From a virus (taxonomy: Duplodnaviria > Caudoviricetes), in the IMG/VR virus record IMGVR_UViG_2791355221_000004, positions 1 through 64,000 of that record: 64,000 nucleotides of DNA. One strand, 5' to 3'. Position numbers and translations under genes: made by a program. How positions within the stretch are numbered: the first letter of the stretch is position 1; every line of letters starts with the position of its first letter. A model generated the notes under the pieces. It did no database searches and was not told where the DNA came from. It was given only the letters and a program-made list of their open reading frames with translations. Below, piece after piece: positions 28,805 through 38,255 of this stretch.

Positions 28805-29590
28805 ATGATGATTACTGAAAAACATCCCGAATTAAGTCCTGCTACTAAACAATTAAAGACTATCATGATTGGGCTTTACAAGGGTCTGGAGAAGCATAAA
28901 GCAAAAATTGAAAACTCTAAAAAGAAGAGAACTGCAAAGAACTATCTTCCAAATCAAAGAGCCACATATGTGAGTGACGAGATTGCGGAAACAATAGAGG
29001 CAACTGACTCATCTTTATCTGTTGTCATCCAAAATTCAGCAAATCACGAATTCGTTGTAATAAAGATAGAAGAGAATAATGTGAATGTAATTGTCATGCA
29101 TTTACGTGAGGGAGAAGACCTTCCAACTAAGTCTCGATTCCGTGGCAATTATTCAGCATATCATAATGATCGTTTGAAAATACATAGTATTAAGTCAGAA
29201 CCAATAGGACAACTAGAAGCAATACTTCAAACATTTAATGATACAATTGCACCCATTGTCTTAGATCATACAACGCTTCCTTTCACTTGGATTGTTACAT
29301 ATGATGGTCGGAAGTATACTGATTCTACAATAAAAATTGGCGCACTAGCTCCTGATCAAGAAAATTGGATATTCCGAGATGATATTACTGGATTTTTTAG
29401 ATCTTGTGTAAACGATGTTCCAGCCGAGCTTTTACCAGAAGAAGAAAGTACATTCGGATCAGACACAAACGTAGTTTACATTAGTTCAATAGAGAAAAAC
29501 ATACAAGAGACAGAAATACCTCTTGAATTTAAACCGAATGTAGTTTCTCCTATAAAGAAGGAGAATGATTTAGATGGGGACAGCATTTAA
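28805..29590 (+). CDS. Hypothetical protein coupled to XRE-ImmA gene
   Basis: Overlaps the next gene. Confidence 0.7.
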   Translation: MMITEKHPELSPATKQLKTIMIGLYKGLEKHKAKIENSKKKRTAKNYLPNQRATYVSDEIAETIEATDSSLSVVIQNSANHEFVVIKIEENNVNVIVMHLREGEDLPTKSRFRGNYSAYHNDRLKIHSIKSEPIGQLEAILQTFNDTIAPIVLDHTTLPFTWIVTYDGRKYTDSTIKIGALAPDQENWIFRDDITGFFRSCVNDVPAELLPEEESTFGSDTNVVYISSIEKNIQETEIPLEFKPNVVSPIKKENDLDGDSI

Positions 29591-30737
29591 TGGTAAGGCT
29601 TTAAAAGATGCAAGGCTAGCTAGAGGATATACTCTGATTGAACTCTCTAAAATGATTAATGTTTCAAAACAAGCTATCTCTCAGTATGAAGCGAATATAA
29701 ACCCGCCTAAAGCCGAAGTTTTAATGAGAATAATTAATACATTGAAATTTCCAAGGTATTATTTTTATTCAGACATGGGAAATCGGTTTGAAGGTAATAC
29801 TTTTTTCAGGGCCAATTCCTCTGCTACAAATCGTTTAAGAGATATGCAGAAAATCAGAGCAAATTGGATTGCACATATCAGGGATTACTTGGAAAAGTTT
29901 ATTACCTTCCCAGAATTAAATTTACCAGATTTGAGTAATTATGAAGATTCTATATGGGATGATGTTTCAATTGAACACCTTGCAGCACACGTTCGTTCCT
30001 ATTGGGGACTGAGTGATAAACCTATTACTAATTTGATAAATGTCTTGGAGAAGAATGGCATAATTGTTTCTTCAATAAAATTAGATTCTGATAATGTTGA
30101 TGCATTCTGTCAATTTAGGCAACCCGATAAAGCAATGATTGTGTTAGCGGAAGATAAGGAAAGTGCAGTTAGAAGACAATTCGATGCAGCTCATGAATTA
30201 GGCCATATTCTAATGCATAAGTTTGATGTGGATAATCAGACAGAGTTACCAAAAGAACAATTTAAACTTATGGAAGCCCAAGCTGATAAATTTGCATCCT
30301 GTTTTCTATTAACTGAGAGTACGTTTAGAAAAAGCATAGAAATAACGTCTACCACTATTCAAGGATTTATTGAACTAAAGAAAATATGGAATGTGTCAAT
30401 TGGAGCTATGGTACGAAGAAGTCGCGATCTTGGATTAATTAGCGAAAGTAGATATACTTCAATTCAAAAGCAAATGTCAATGAAAAAAATGCGTAAAAGA
30501 GAACCTCTTGACGAGATCATAGAAATTAGTGAACCTAACCTACTTAAACGTGGTATCATCATGCTTATTGATGCCAAAGTTAAGACAAAAGCTGATATAG
30601 TCGAGGAGATTATGTTGCCTTCTGAAGAAATTGAGATATTATGCAGTCTGGATGAGAAATATCTAACTGTAGTCGAACATGAAGCTGTGTTATCTCTTAA
30701 ATCTAATAAGGATTTGTCCGAATCTGTTATTGGCTAA
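29574..30737 (+). CDS. XRE HTH plus ImmA/IrrE Zn-metallopeptidase
   Basis: N-terminal HTH (SKQAISQYE); RRQFDAAHELGH; EAQADKFA. Confidence 0.9.
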   Translation: MGTAFNGKALKDARLARGYTLIELSKMINVSKQAISQYEANINPPKAEVLMRIINTLKFPRYYFYSDMGNRFEGNTFFRANSSATNRLRDMQKIRANWIAHIRDYLEKFITFPELNLPDLSNYEDSIWDDVSIEHLAAHVRSYWGLSDKPITNLINVLEKNGIIVSSIKLDSDNVDAFCQFRQPDKAMIVLAEDKESAVRRQFDAAHELGHILMHKFDVDNQTELPKEQFKLMEAQADKFASCFLLTESTFRKSIEITSTTIQGFIELKKIWNVSIGAMVRRSRDLGLISESRYTSIQKQMSMKKMRKREPLDEIIEISEPNLLKRGIIMLIDAKVKTKADIVEEIMLPSEEIEILCSLDEKYLTVVEHEAVLSLKSNKDLSESVIG

Positions 30738-31045
30738 AAAGAAATTGATTCAAATAGGGAAATCTTCTAATTAAACTTATAAGTGTTTCGTTATCGACTA
30801 TAGAGAAGGTATTCTTTTTCACTAAGACTTTCAAAGGGAATAACCCTCTCTAGAGTCGATAACTGAGTTCTTATAACCCCAAAATCTCATCTGCAAATTC
30901 ACAAAGTTCACCACTTACAGATTCCACAATTCCACTCCACTTACTAAAGAATTAATACAAATTATAAACTCTATCTGCAGCGTTCCATCCTCTTAATTTT
31001 ATATGGTAATATTAAACTATTAACGTAGGAGAGGAAGAATATCTA

Positions 31046-31468
31046 TTGAATCGTGAGCGAATTAAAGCTATATTACCTGAAGTTGAAAAGCTAATTGCTT
31101 TATCTAAAGAGTATCAAAGGAAATTGAATAATGGGGTATCAAGCTATTTAGCAGATGTAGAAGTTAATAGCTACTTAAGTAAGTTTGATCTTACTGATAT
31201 TATCTTGATTGAGGCATTAATGTACATAGGACGTGAGGATTATATCCCGCGGGAAAGATACGAGAGCGAAGTGGACTATTATAGAGAAGTAGAAGAGTTC
31301 TACGAAAGATACGATGTTGATGATATTGTTGGAAATAAGGTTGAATCTTTATTTAGAAATAGTGATACAAAGCTAACAAGGATAGAGCAAATGGTTTCAA
31401 AGACACCACTTTCTCAATACCTAGAGCAAGGGCTTCACGTAATCAGAGTTAAGAGGAAATTGGCGTAA
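31046..31468 (+). CDS. DUF3775-like protein
   Basis: ALMYIGRED and PLSQYLEQGL motifs. Confidence 0.55.
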   Translation: MNRERIKAILPEVEKLIALSKEYQRKLNNGVSSYLADVEVNSYLSKFDLTDIILIEALMYIGREDYIPRERYESEVDYYREVEEFYERYDVDDIVGNKVESLFRNSDTKLTRIEQMVSKTPLSQYLEQGLHVIRVKRKLA

Positions 31469-31596
31469 GTAATTCTTGTGAATTAGTGGTTGATATCAAC
31501 AGGAGAAGTCAAGATGAAACAAATTATAATGATTGAAATTTAACAGAAAGTAGGAAACAAGAGGGTACCTCATTAATTAGGGTACCCTCTGCTCAT

Positions 31597-32076
31597 TCAG
31601 ATAAACACCATCACATACTTACCATTATAATCTTCTTCGCCACATTCATCTGTAGTTTCAATTTCCTCCCATTTGTAATAGCCATTAACACATCTAAGAA
31701 TCGTATCTCTTATAATAGCTTGTTCACCAACATAACCAATCCATTCCGTTATTTCCTCAATCTTGGCCAGCTCTTTATTTACTTCGTAAAAACCATCATA
31801 TCCGAGCATGAAAGGGTAGAGGCCTTGATCAGATAAACTACGGTCAAAGTAAACAGGAAACCATGTTGGTTCAACATAAGCATTATCTTCGCTGTAATAC
31901 TCTCTATAAAGCGTTTCTAGCTCATCACTGTTCATATAGTTGATATGTTCAATCTGACTTGTTACCGCCACTCTATGACCTTTCAGTAAGCTTGCAATGT
32001 AGTCCGAGTGAGTGCCACTCAATTCCATATCTATGATTGCTAATTCATGAGTTAATGAGTTCAATTGGTTTTCCAT
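31597..32076 (-). CDS. Acidic hypothetical protein
   Basis: GGAGG SD; bidirectional hairpin at about 31560-31590. Confidence 0.7.
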   Translation of the reverse strand: MENQLNSLTHELAIIDMELSGTHSDYIASLLKGHRVAVTSQIEHINYMNSDELETLYREYYSEDNAYVEPTWFPVYFDRSLSDQGLYPFMLGYDGFYEVNKELAKIEEITEWIGYVGEQAIIRDTILRCVNGYYKWEEIETTDECGEEDYNGKYVMVFI

Positions 32077-32438
32077 ATATTTGTTACCTCCGAATGTAAA
32101 TTATTAAATTTTTGAATATATCCAATGTCTTATTTCATTTTTATTAAATGTGGGTTATGATTATTAAGAAATCTTTATAATTCAGTTTTGGAGTGTAAGA
32201 GGGTAGACTGTTCGCTGCAATTTACTCTCAAACTTCCTATAAATTCAATCAATTGTCATCACATCCGTTTCCTTTGATAATTAAAGTTTACCAACAATTA
32301 GGCGATTTTTAAACTAGCTGAATTGTGATTTTAGAGGTAAATGTAGGATTGATTTTCCAGTTATAATATGCATTTGTGTTATATTTTGTCGAACTTTTGT
32401 CGAATAAAAGGAAAAAAAATAACCCTTTCGGGTTAGCA

Positions 32439-32960
32439 TTAATGTAAAAGTACGTTTATTTTTGTTGCAGATAATGTCTTCATATCAGAAATATCTTTCT
32501 CTTTACCAAGTGCAGGTTTTAAGGCAGAATCTATAAATTTTGCATAGACTTGAGTGAAAATTAGATCCTTACTATCGCTAAACTCCTCAGAGAATACAGC
32601 CCAATATTTAAATGAATCATAATATAACACCTTATCCATATTAATTAAAACCTTACTGTGGGCAACAACGAAATTCTTCATCTGAGTTAACATTTCTATA
32701 ATATCAATTTCTTTGTGAACATATATGTAAGTATCAGTTTTGGTTGTAATCACAGCTTTTGTTGTTCTTGTACATTCTACATAAAGTATTTCATTTATCG
32801 GCAACCACTCGGCAACTTTTGTCTTCTCATTTGTTACGAGTAGTGTTTTTCTATCGTTTATGATATTAGCAATGTCTTCAATTACTTCCTCCTCTACATC
32901 ACTACTTCGAAGTTGATTAAGCAATTCTGTTAGTCTCTGTAGCATACACTTATCCCCCAA
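32439..32960 (-). CDS. Stand-alone LytTR-domain regulator (no receiver domain)
   Basis: INEILYVE...FVVAHSKVLINMDKV LytTR signature. Confidence 0.75.
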   Translation of the reverse strand: MGDKCMLQRLTELLNQLRSSDVEEEVIEDIANIINDRKTLLVTNEKTKVAEWLPINEILYVECTRTTKAVITTKTDTYIYVHKEIDIIEMLTQMKNFVVAHSKVLINMDKVLYYDSFKYWAVFSEEFSDSKDLIFTQVYAKFIDSALKPALGKEKDISDMKTLSATKINVLLH

Positions 32961-33051
32961 TAATCACTATTAATTGTTTATCTATAATTATAAAACGATT
33001 CTCTCCCAAAAGAAGTTTCAATGAGAGAGAATCATTTATAACTTCTTTTAA

Positions 33052-33150
33052 TTAAACTTGCTCAGGATCATGTAAAAAAAATACTTTGCTAGTTACTCCA
33101 ATAATTACAACAAGACAAGTAATCAATAAAACCATAGCTAGTTTTTTCAT
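33052..33150 (-). CDS. agrD: AgrD-like autoinducer propeptide, 32 aa (not in ORF track)
   Basis: GGAGG SD; MKKLAMVLLITCLVVIIGVTSKVFFLHDPEQV. Confidence 0.7.
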   Translation of the reverse strand: MKKLAMVLLITCLVVIIGVTSKVFFLHDPEQV

Positions 33151-33155
33151 ATATG

Positions 33156-33857
33156 CTAGACCTCCTTTTTATCATTTTTGAGGCCATATACTTCAGGAGC
33201 ATATTCGGCTTCATTTCTCTTTATAGAAAAGTAAATTAATATTAAAGTTATAATAATCAGCCCAACAAAAACAAAAATAAAGTATTGTATAGTTAGTGAT
33301 TGATTAAAAGCATAAAGAAGGGCAGTAGAAAGAATTACACAAACAATAACAGTACCTATGAAATGGTTCATTTTTTTTATTTTTGAATCTGCTCTAAAAG
33401 CGAAGCCTTGCTGTCTAAAGATTTTAAAGCTAATACAAATAAATAAGCAAAAGATGAACTCGATTAGTTGAAAAGTATACGTCTTTACAGTAAACGCATC
33501 TTTTAACTCTTGCATACTATTAAAATATCCAGCATATATAAACAAACCAATGAGAATAGCTTGCAAGAATACAAAAATAATATAACTTACTGAAGGAACG
33601 ACAATAGAATACATCCAATTGCGTTCTTTAAAAACAAACTTAAATAACATTATTAGCGAAAATATTTGTAGAACTACGAATATTTCTCCAACATCATATA
33701 TGACAAAAAAATAAGAGAATAGGGACATAATTACAGATGTTGAAATTACCTCTTTTATGTAATACTTAATCGTAAATTGAAAAATTGTGAGCATTAAAAT
33801 AATGACGGATAAGAATTCAATTGAAGAGAAGATCATAAAGTTAACAAAGTTAATCAT
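33156..33857 (-). CDS. Multi-TM protein resembling an AgrC sensor domain, without kinase domain
   Basis: 233 aa, about 7 TM helices; no HisKA or HATPase region. Confidence 0.65.
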   Translation of the reverse strand: MINFVNFMIFSSIEFLSVIILMLTIFQFTIKYYIKEVISTSVIMSLFSYFFVIYDVGEIFVVLQIFSLIMLFKFVFKERNWMYSIVVPSVSYIIFVFLQAILIGLFIYAGYFNSMQELKDAFTVKTYTFQLIEFIFCLFICISFKIFRQQGFAFRADSKIKKMNHFIGTVIVCVILSTALLYAFNQSLTIQYFIFVFVGLIIITLILIYFSIKRNEAEYAPEVYGLKNDKKEV

Positions 33858-33861
33858 GATT

Positions 33862-34374
33862 TCACCGTTTCTTCCTGATTGGTATAAGTGTCATGGAACT
33901 AACGAAGAGTGCTGCATCTATAACTTGATTATTTAGAATAATTACCACAAGACATATAGCTATCGAGAGAAACTTTCTTTTCCTAACATTTGTTCTATGA
34001 CTTCGCTTAGTTGGTGCAAAAAGTAATATAAATATTGCTGCTAACGATAAGAATATGTAGCGATGATTTTCTATGAATGGGGCTGCTAAAGGTAAGATAA
34101 CCAATAAGCTGCTAGTAATGAAAATGCAGTGTTCAGCCTTCCTCAAGTGAAAACCACCGTTTAATGTTCGCAACAAACCGAAAACAATTAAACCAATCAA
34201 AGTATTTATTAAATTGTGAACCATTATTCCAGTAGCTAGTGAAATGAGAAGTATTGAGTAGTTGATAATGACATTAGATATCTTAGTAGATAGCTTTTTC
34301 ATATCTTCTACCAATCCAATTTCAACTACTATGGATAACTTGTTTGCTATTCTATTAGATAAAAATGCTACCAC
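33862..34374 (-). CDS. agrB: AgrB peptide-processing protein
   Basis: LRTLNGGFHL...HC (catalytic His/Cys) and LFAP motifs. Confidence 0.85.
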   Translation of the reverse strand: MVAFLSNRIANKLSIVVEIGLVEDMKKLSTKISNVIINYSILLISLATGIMVHNLINTLIGLIVFGLLRTLNGGFHLRKAEHCIFITSSLLVILPLAAPFIENHRYIFLSLAAIFILLFAPTKRSHRTNVRKRKFLSIAICLVVIILNNQVIDAALFVSSMTLIPIRKKR

Positions 34375-34471
34375 TCAAACCCTCGTCTCTATTTCATTTA
34401 TTTTCCAGCGTCTTCATTACTAATATACATCGCACATTTACTTTAGTCAACTTAATATCGTTATTTTTATT

Positions 34472-34669
34472 TTATACTCCTATTCGATCACACTTATGTG
34501 CAACAGTGAAGGTACTCGTTTCAATAATTCTTTTTTTCATACCGACATCGGTACATATCTGTTTAAGTACTTCTAAATCATCACTTTCAATTACCTTGCC
34601 ATTTGGCTTGTAGAGTTTCCATACATCTGGATTAGTACTGATTAATTGTTGAATGCGATACTTTTTCAT
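34472..34669 (-). CDS. Small hypothetical protein
   Basis: AAAGGAG SD. Confidence 0.6.
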   Translation of the reverse strand: MKKYRIQQLISTNPDVWKLYKPNGKVIESDDLEVLKQICTDVGMKKRIIETSTFTVAHKCDRIGV

Positions 34670-34783
34670 TGTGAGTGCTCCTTTCTGGGCAGGATTAATA
34701 AGCTTTTAATTGGTATTATAGTATTATTTTTATTATAATGATTATCTATTTCAAGGGGAGAAGTACGCTCCCTCGGGCGGTTT

Positions 34784-34853
34784 ACCGCGACCATATTGCC
34801 CGATGGACAAGATGGGTTTCGACTGATAACCAATCAGCAGCTCATCAGGCGGT
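34784..34853 (-). ncRNA. Type I hammerhead ribozyme, 3' of recombinase
   Basis: ACCGC-CUGAUGA-stem II-GAAA-stem III-GUC^GCGGU. Confidence 0.8.
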
Positions 34854-35806
34854 TATAGTTTACTCAACGTACTAGATGTATTGTTCTTGTAATTATTCAT
34901 TGTTTGGACATAATGACGATCAATGATTTCAATAGAACTATGTCCAGTATGTTGACGGATAGTTGATAAATCAAAACCTTCATCATGTGCCGCTGTTATG
35001 TGTCCACTTCTAAGCGAATGCCCAGCGTAGAGTTCAGGATTGAGTCCAGCAGCCTTTGCATGTTTTTTTACAATATCAGCTACTGATTCACCCGAAAGTC
35101 GTTCACCAACGTTATTGGCCTTGTTGACTGCACGAAATATAGAATCGCTTTTGATTCGTGCTTCTTTTAACCAGACAAGAAGCGTTTCGATTGGACAATA
35201 GTTGTTGTTAGCAGGGAGAATTACTATTTTTCTTTGCTTTTTCTTCTTTTGCTCGAATACGTCAATCTCCAAGCCTTTATCAGTAAAAACCAAATCTTCC
35301 ATATTAATTGAAACAATATCACCACGTCTTAAGGCAGTAGACCATCCAAGTAAAATTAATGCTTTGTCCCGTTTTCCTTGCAATGTACTGGTGTCAATCA
35401 CATCAATGATTCTCTTTAAATCATCTAATACCATAGCTTTTTTGGAAGTAGAATGATTACCTTTTGTTCGTGCAATAGAATCCATTAATTCTTCAACAAT
35501 TGGATGAGTAGTGTTTGACATAAGTTTGGCCATTTTATGTGCTTTCGAGATGGATGAAATTTTCCTTTTTATGGTTGAATGTTTGCATGTTTTGGATTCT
35601 TCAGATATGAAATGTATCAAAGTTGCTTCACTAGCAGGTAAAGGGAGGTAATTGAATTTAGAGCAGAACTGCTTAAAGTTATTCCAATCAGATTCATATG
35701 CAAGTTTGGTGTTAGCGGCTTTAGCGTTTTCCAATATTGATGCAATTCTTTCTTGATCCGCTTGAGGCATCGCTGAAAGATTTATTTCATTAGATAACAT
35801 GAACAT
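34853..35806 (-). CDS. Tyrosine recombinase (Cre/XerC-like)
   Basis: LRRGD, GHSLRSG, HTGHSS and RHY catalytic residues. Confidence 0.92.
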   Translation of the reverse strand: MFMLSNEINLSAMPQADQERIASILENAKAANTKLAYESDWNNFKQFCSKFNYLPLPASEATLIHFISEESKTCKHSTIKRKISSISKAHKMAKLMSNTTHPIVEELMDSIARTKGNHSTSKKAMVLDDLKRIIDVIDTSTLQGKRDKALILLGWSTALRRGDIVSINMEDLVFTDKGLEIDVFEQKKKKQRKIVILPANNNYCPIETLLVWLKEARIKSDSIFRAVNKANNVGERLSGESVADIVKKHAKAAGLNPELYAGHSLRSGHITAAHDEGFDLSTIRQHTGHSSIEIIDRHYVQTMNNYKNNTSSTLSKL

Positions 35807-35831
35807 ATGGATGACCTCCTTAGATTAATTT

Positions 35832-35893
35832 ACCGCTACGCTTTCCATAGAAGGAAAACGTTTCGCTAGAATCTCACTAGCTCATCAGGCGGC
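35832..35893 (-). ncRNA. Type I hammerhead ribozyme, 5' of recombinase
   Basis: CCGC-CUGAUGA-GCUAG/CUAGC-GAAA-CGUUUUCC/GGAAAGCG-UA^GCGG. Confidence 0.88.
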
Positions 35894-36115
35894 TTAAAAG
35901 ATGGCTTCACTAAAACTGCATAACTCTTTAGTGAATGAATCACGAAGTTTAGTCCATCCATTTAGAAATGCATTACAATCAAATTCAGTGAAATGCTTTT
36001 TGACCATATCGACCAACCAAAACTCTGCATTTTCATCTTCGCCAAACTCTGGATCTTCTCCGTGAAGTACCACCAAGTCAATTAATTCTTCTTTAGCTGT
36101 TTTAGTGTTTGTCAT
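35894..36115 (-). CDS. Hypothetical protein
   Basis: AAGGAG SD. Confidence 0.65.
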   Translation of the reverse strand: MTNTKTAKEELIDLVVLHGEDPEFGEDENAEFWLVDMVKKHFTEFDCNAFLNGWTKLRDSFTKELCSFSEAIF

Positions 36116-36179
36116 ATGTATATCGCTCCTTTAGAATATGTTTTGTTGTTGCTACCTAACTAGAGAGTCGTAAGAACAG

Positions 36180-36491
36180 CTACATTTGTTGCATTGCCAT
36201 TCCGAAACAGTAGTGTTCAGCCGCTTCGTCAACTGGTTTTGTTTTAACAATTTCATATGATGATCCTATGTATGAAGGTAGATCCTTGAGCTGTGTGTAA
36301 AAGGTATCGCGGCAATGGGTGAAGGATACAATAACATAACCTTCAGTAACCCAGCCTTGAACCGTTTCATGGAACTCAGCTTTGGTGTAGAAGCCAAATG
36401 GTGGTACAGATACAAGGTCTTTACCGCTAATAATGATTTGCTTCACCTTAGAGTCCCATGCAGTTTTTTGTTTCAATTGAAAAGGTGTCAT
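36180..36491 (-). CDS. Hypothetical protein
   Basis: AAGGAG SD. Confidence 0.65.
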   Translation of the reverse strand: MTPFQLKQKTAWDSKVKQIIISGKDLVSVPPFGFYTKAEFHETVQGWVTEGYVIVSFTHCRDTFYTQLKDLPSYIGSSYEIVKTKPVDEAAEHYCFGMAMQQM

Positions 36492-36505
36492 TGTGGTTAG
36501 CTCCT

Positions 36506-36667
36506 TTATTCGTATCTGTGGTAGTTTGAACTTGTTATAGGTTGGTTAGCTCCGTACTCTGCTCGCCACTTTGAAAGCTTATTGCGCCACATTTTAACTT
36601 GCTTTTCGTTACCTGCCTCTCGTGCCAGCCTGATCTTTTCAATAATTTGATTGTAGCGATTGCTCAT
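36506..36667 (-). CDS. 53-aa basic protein (not in ORF track)
   Basis: AAGGAG SD; MSNRYNQIIEKIRLAREAG... Confidence 0.6.
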   Translation of the reverse strand: MSNRYNQIIEKIRLAREAGNEKQVKMWRNKLSKWRAEYGANQPITSSNYHRYE

Positions 36668-36711
36668 TGAGGCAACTCCTTAATTTTTCGTTTGTTTAAC
36701 TCGATACTCAT

Positions 36712-36766
36712 ATAGTATCACTTAAATAGTGACACGTCAATAGTGTATCTTTATATGTGATACTAT
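36712..36766. promoter_or_regulatory. Operator/promoter region of the leftward operon
   Basis: ATAGTATCAC/GTGATACTAT inverted repeat; minus strand TTGACG-17-TACTAT. Confidence 0.65.
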
Positions 36767-36840
36767 TTTTATTTATTTTTTTAAAGTAATATGTTATCTT
36801 TTATATATCGCTTTTTAAGGAAAGGACATTGTGAGAAGCT

Positions 36841-37140
36841 ATGTCAAAAATTACTCTTCATTTAGATGAAATATTAAATGAGCTTGGAATAACTAGAAAT
36901 CATTTAGCGGTGGAAGCGAAAGTTAGACCAACAACGCTTTTAGAAATGGTTCACGGCAAAACTCAAGCAGTGAAGTTTGATACATTAATCAAAATTCTTG
37001 ATACTTTGAATATTATTGCTTTTAAGAATTGCTTCGAACGTAGATACACCATAGGTGATTTAATTAAATATGAATTCACTTTAAGAATGGTCAATGGAAT
37101 ACCCATTGATTTAATGGATGACGATTTTGAAGAAGTATAG
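36841..37140 (+). CDS. XRE/Cro-like HTH repressor
   Basis: ITRNHLAVEAKVRPTTL HTH; divergent from the operator region. Confidence 0.85.
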   Translation: MSKITLHLDEILNELGITRNHLAVEAKVRPTTLLEMVHGKTQAVKFDTLIKILDTLNIIAFKNCFERRYTIGDLIKYEFTLRMVNGIPIDLMDDDFEEV

Positions 37141-37151
37141 TCTTAGTTCTC

Positions 37152-37177
37152 AGTGGCTTAGCAAGCCGCTTTTTTTG
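37152..37177 (+). terminator. Intrinsic terminator
   Basis: AGTGGCT/AGCCGCT stem plus T tract. Confidence 0.7.
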
Positions 37178-37189
37178 TTCCTATATTTG

Positions 37190-37246
37190 GAACATTTGTT
37201 CTTATTTCGGTATTCGTATTGTAATATAAAACACTTGTTTTGTAAA
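37190..37246 (-). promoter_or_regulatory. LexA box plus leftward sigma-A promoter
   Basis: GAAC-ATTT-GTTC (37190-37201); TTTACA-17-TACAAT (37246-37218). Confidence 0.65.
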
Positions 37247-37355
37247 ACAAAACATTTTACGTTGAGTGTAAAGTAAAAAATAACAATTATGCTAATTTGT
37301 ATTTGGTGTTATTCTAATCATGCAGGAATATCCTGTAAACTAATCATAAGGGAGA

Positions 37356-38255
37356 ATGATAAGAAGAATGACAAATGAGATTCAGGTAAAAGGTACAGTT
37401 AGTTTTATGGGGAAAGAGATCCCAAAAGTATTTGGAGGGTTCGGAGAAGACAAGCCAGTGTTGTTGGCAAAAACAATTGCGAAGATCCATGAAAGAGATT
37501 TGTTTAAAGTTAATGAGTTGATTAACAACAACATTGAGCAGTTTAATATTGAAGGTGCTACGGATTTGATTGATTTAATCTCAATCCTTTCGAAGGATTC
37601 ACTTTTAGAGTTTGGGTTCACAAAGCAATCTATTGCAAACTCAAAAAACATCTACCTCTTATCTGAGCGTGGGTATAAAATTCTAATCAAGGCTATGGAA
37701 GATGATATGTCTTGGGAAGTATATCATAAGCTATTGAATGAATATTTTAACTTCAAAGAGCAACAGCAGTTCGACCTTTCGAAACTTTCACCAGAATTGA
37801 TTATGTTCAAAACCTTATGGGATGGATTAGCTAAAACTCAGTTGATAGCACTTGAAAATCAAACAGAGATTAAAGAAGCTAAACAAGAAATTAAACAAGT
37901 ACAGAATGTTGTTGATGATATCCGCGAGACGATTGTCCAACGTGATGACGATTGGAGAGATTCAATCAACCAACTAATAAAGAAGGCTGCTAAGAATTTG
38001 GGTGGACGTAATGATGACTTTGTGACTGTTAGAAGGGAATCATATGAACTACTTCAAGAACGTGCTAGTTGTCGCTTAAAACAACGGGTTAAGAACATTC
38101 AAGATAGGATGCGTGAACAAGGCATTAGAGAGACAGACGTTAAGAAAGCAAACAATCTTGATGCAATCGAAGCAGATAAGAAGTTAAAAGAAATCTATTT
38201 TAGTATTGTTAAAGAGCTTTCAATTAAATATGGAAATGATAAAAGGGTAGTGTAA
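37356..38255 (+). CDS. ORF6N-domain phage antirepressor
   Basis: GGFGE..LAK.IA.IH and IYLLSERGY motifs. Confidence 0.8.
   Translation: MIRRMTNEIQVKGTVSFMGKEIPKVFGGFGEDKPVLLAKTIAKIHERDLFKVNELINNNIEQFNIEGATDLIDLISILSKDSLLEFGFTKQSIANSKNIYLLSERGYKILIKAMEDDMSWEVYHKLLNEYFNFKEQQQFDLSKLSPELIMFKTLWDGLAKTQLIALENQTEIKEAKQEIKQVQNVVDDIRETIVQRDDDWRDSINQLIKKAAKNLGGRNDDFVTVRRESYELLQERASCRLKQRVKNIQDRMREQGIRETDVKKANNLDAIEADKKLKEIYFSIVKELSIKYGNDKRVV

Noticed and set aside
34853-35806. The prophage integrase acting at the tRNA site
   Set aside because: It lies about 6.5 kb from the att remnant and is Cre/Xer-sized without an evident arm-binding domain; the real integrase may be at the far end. Not excluded.
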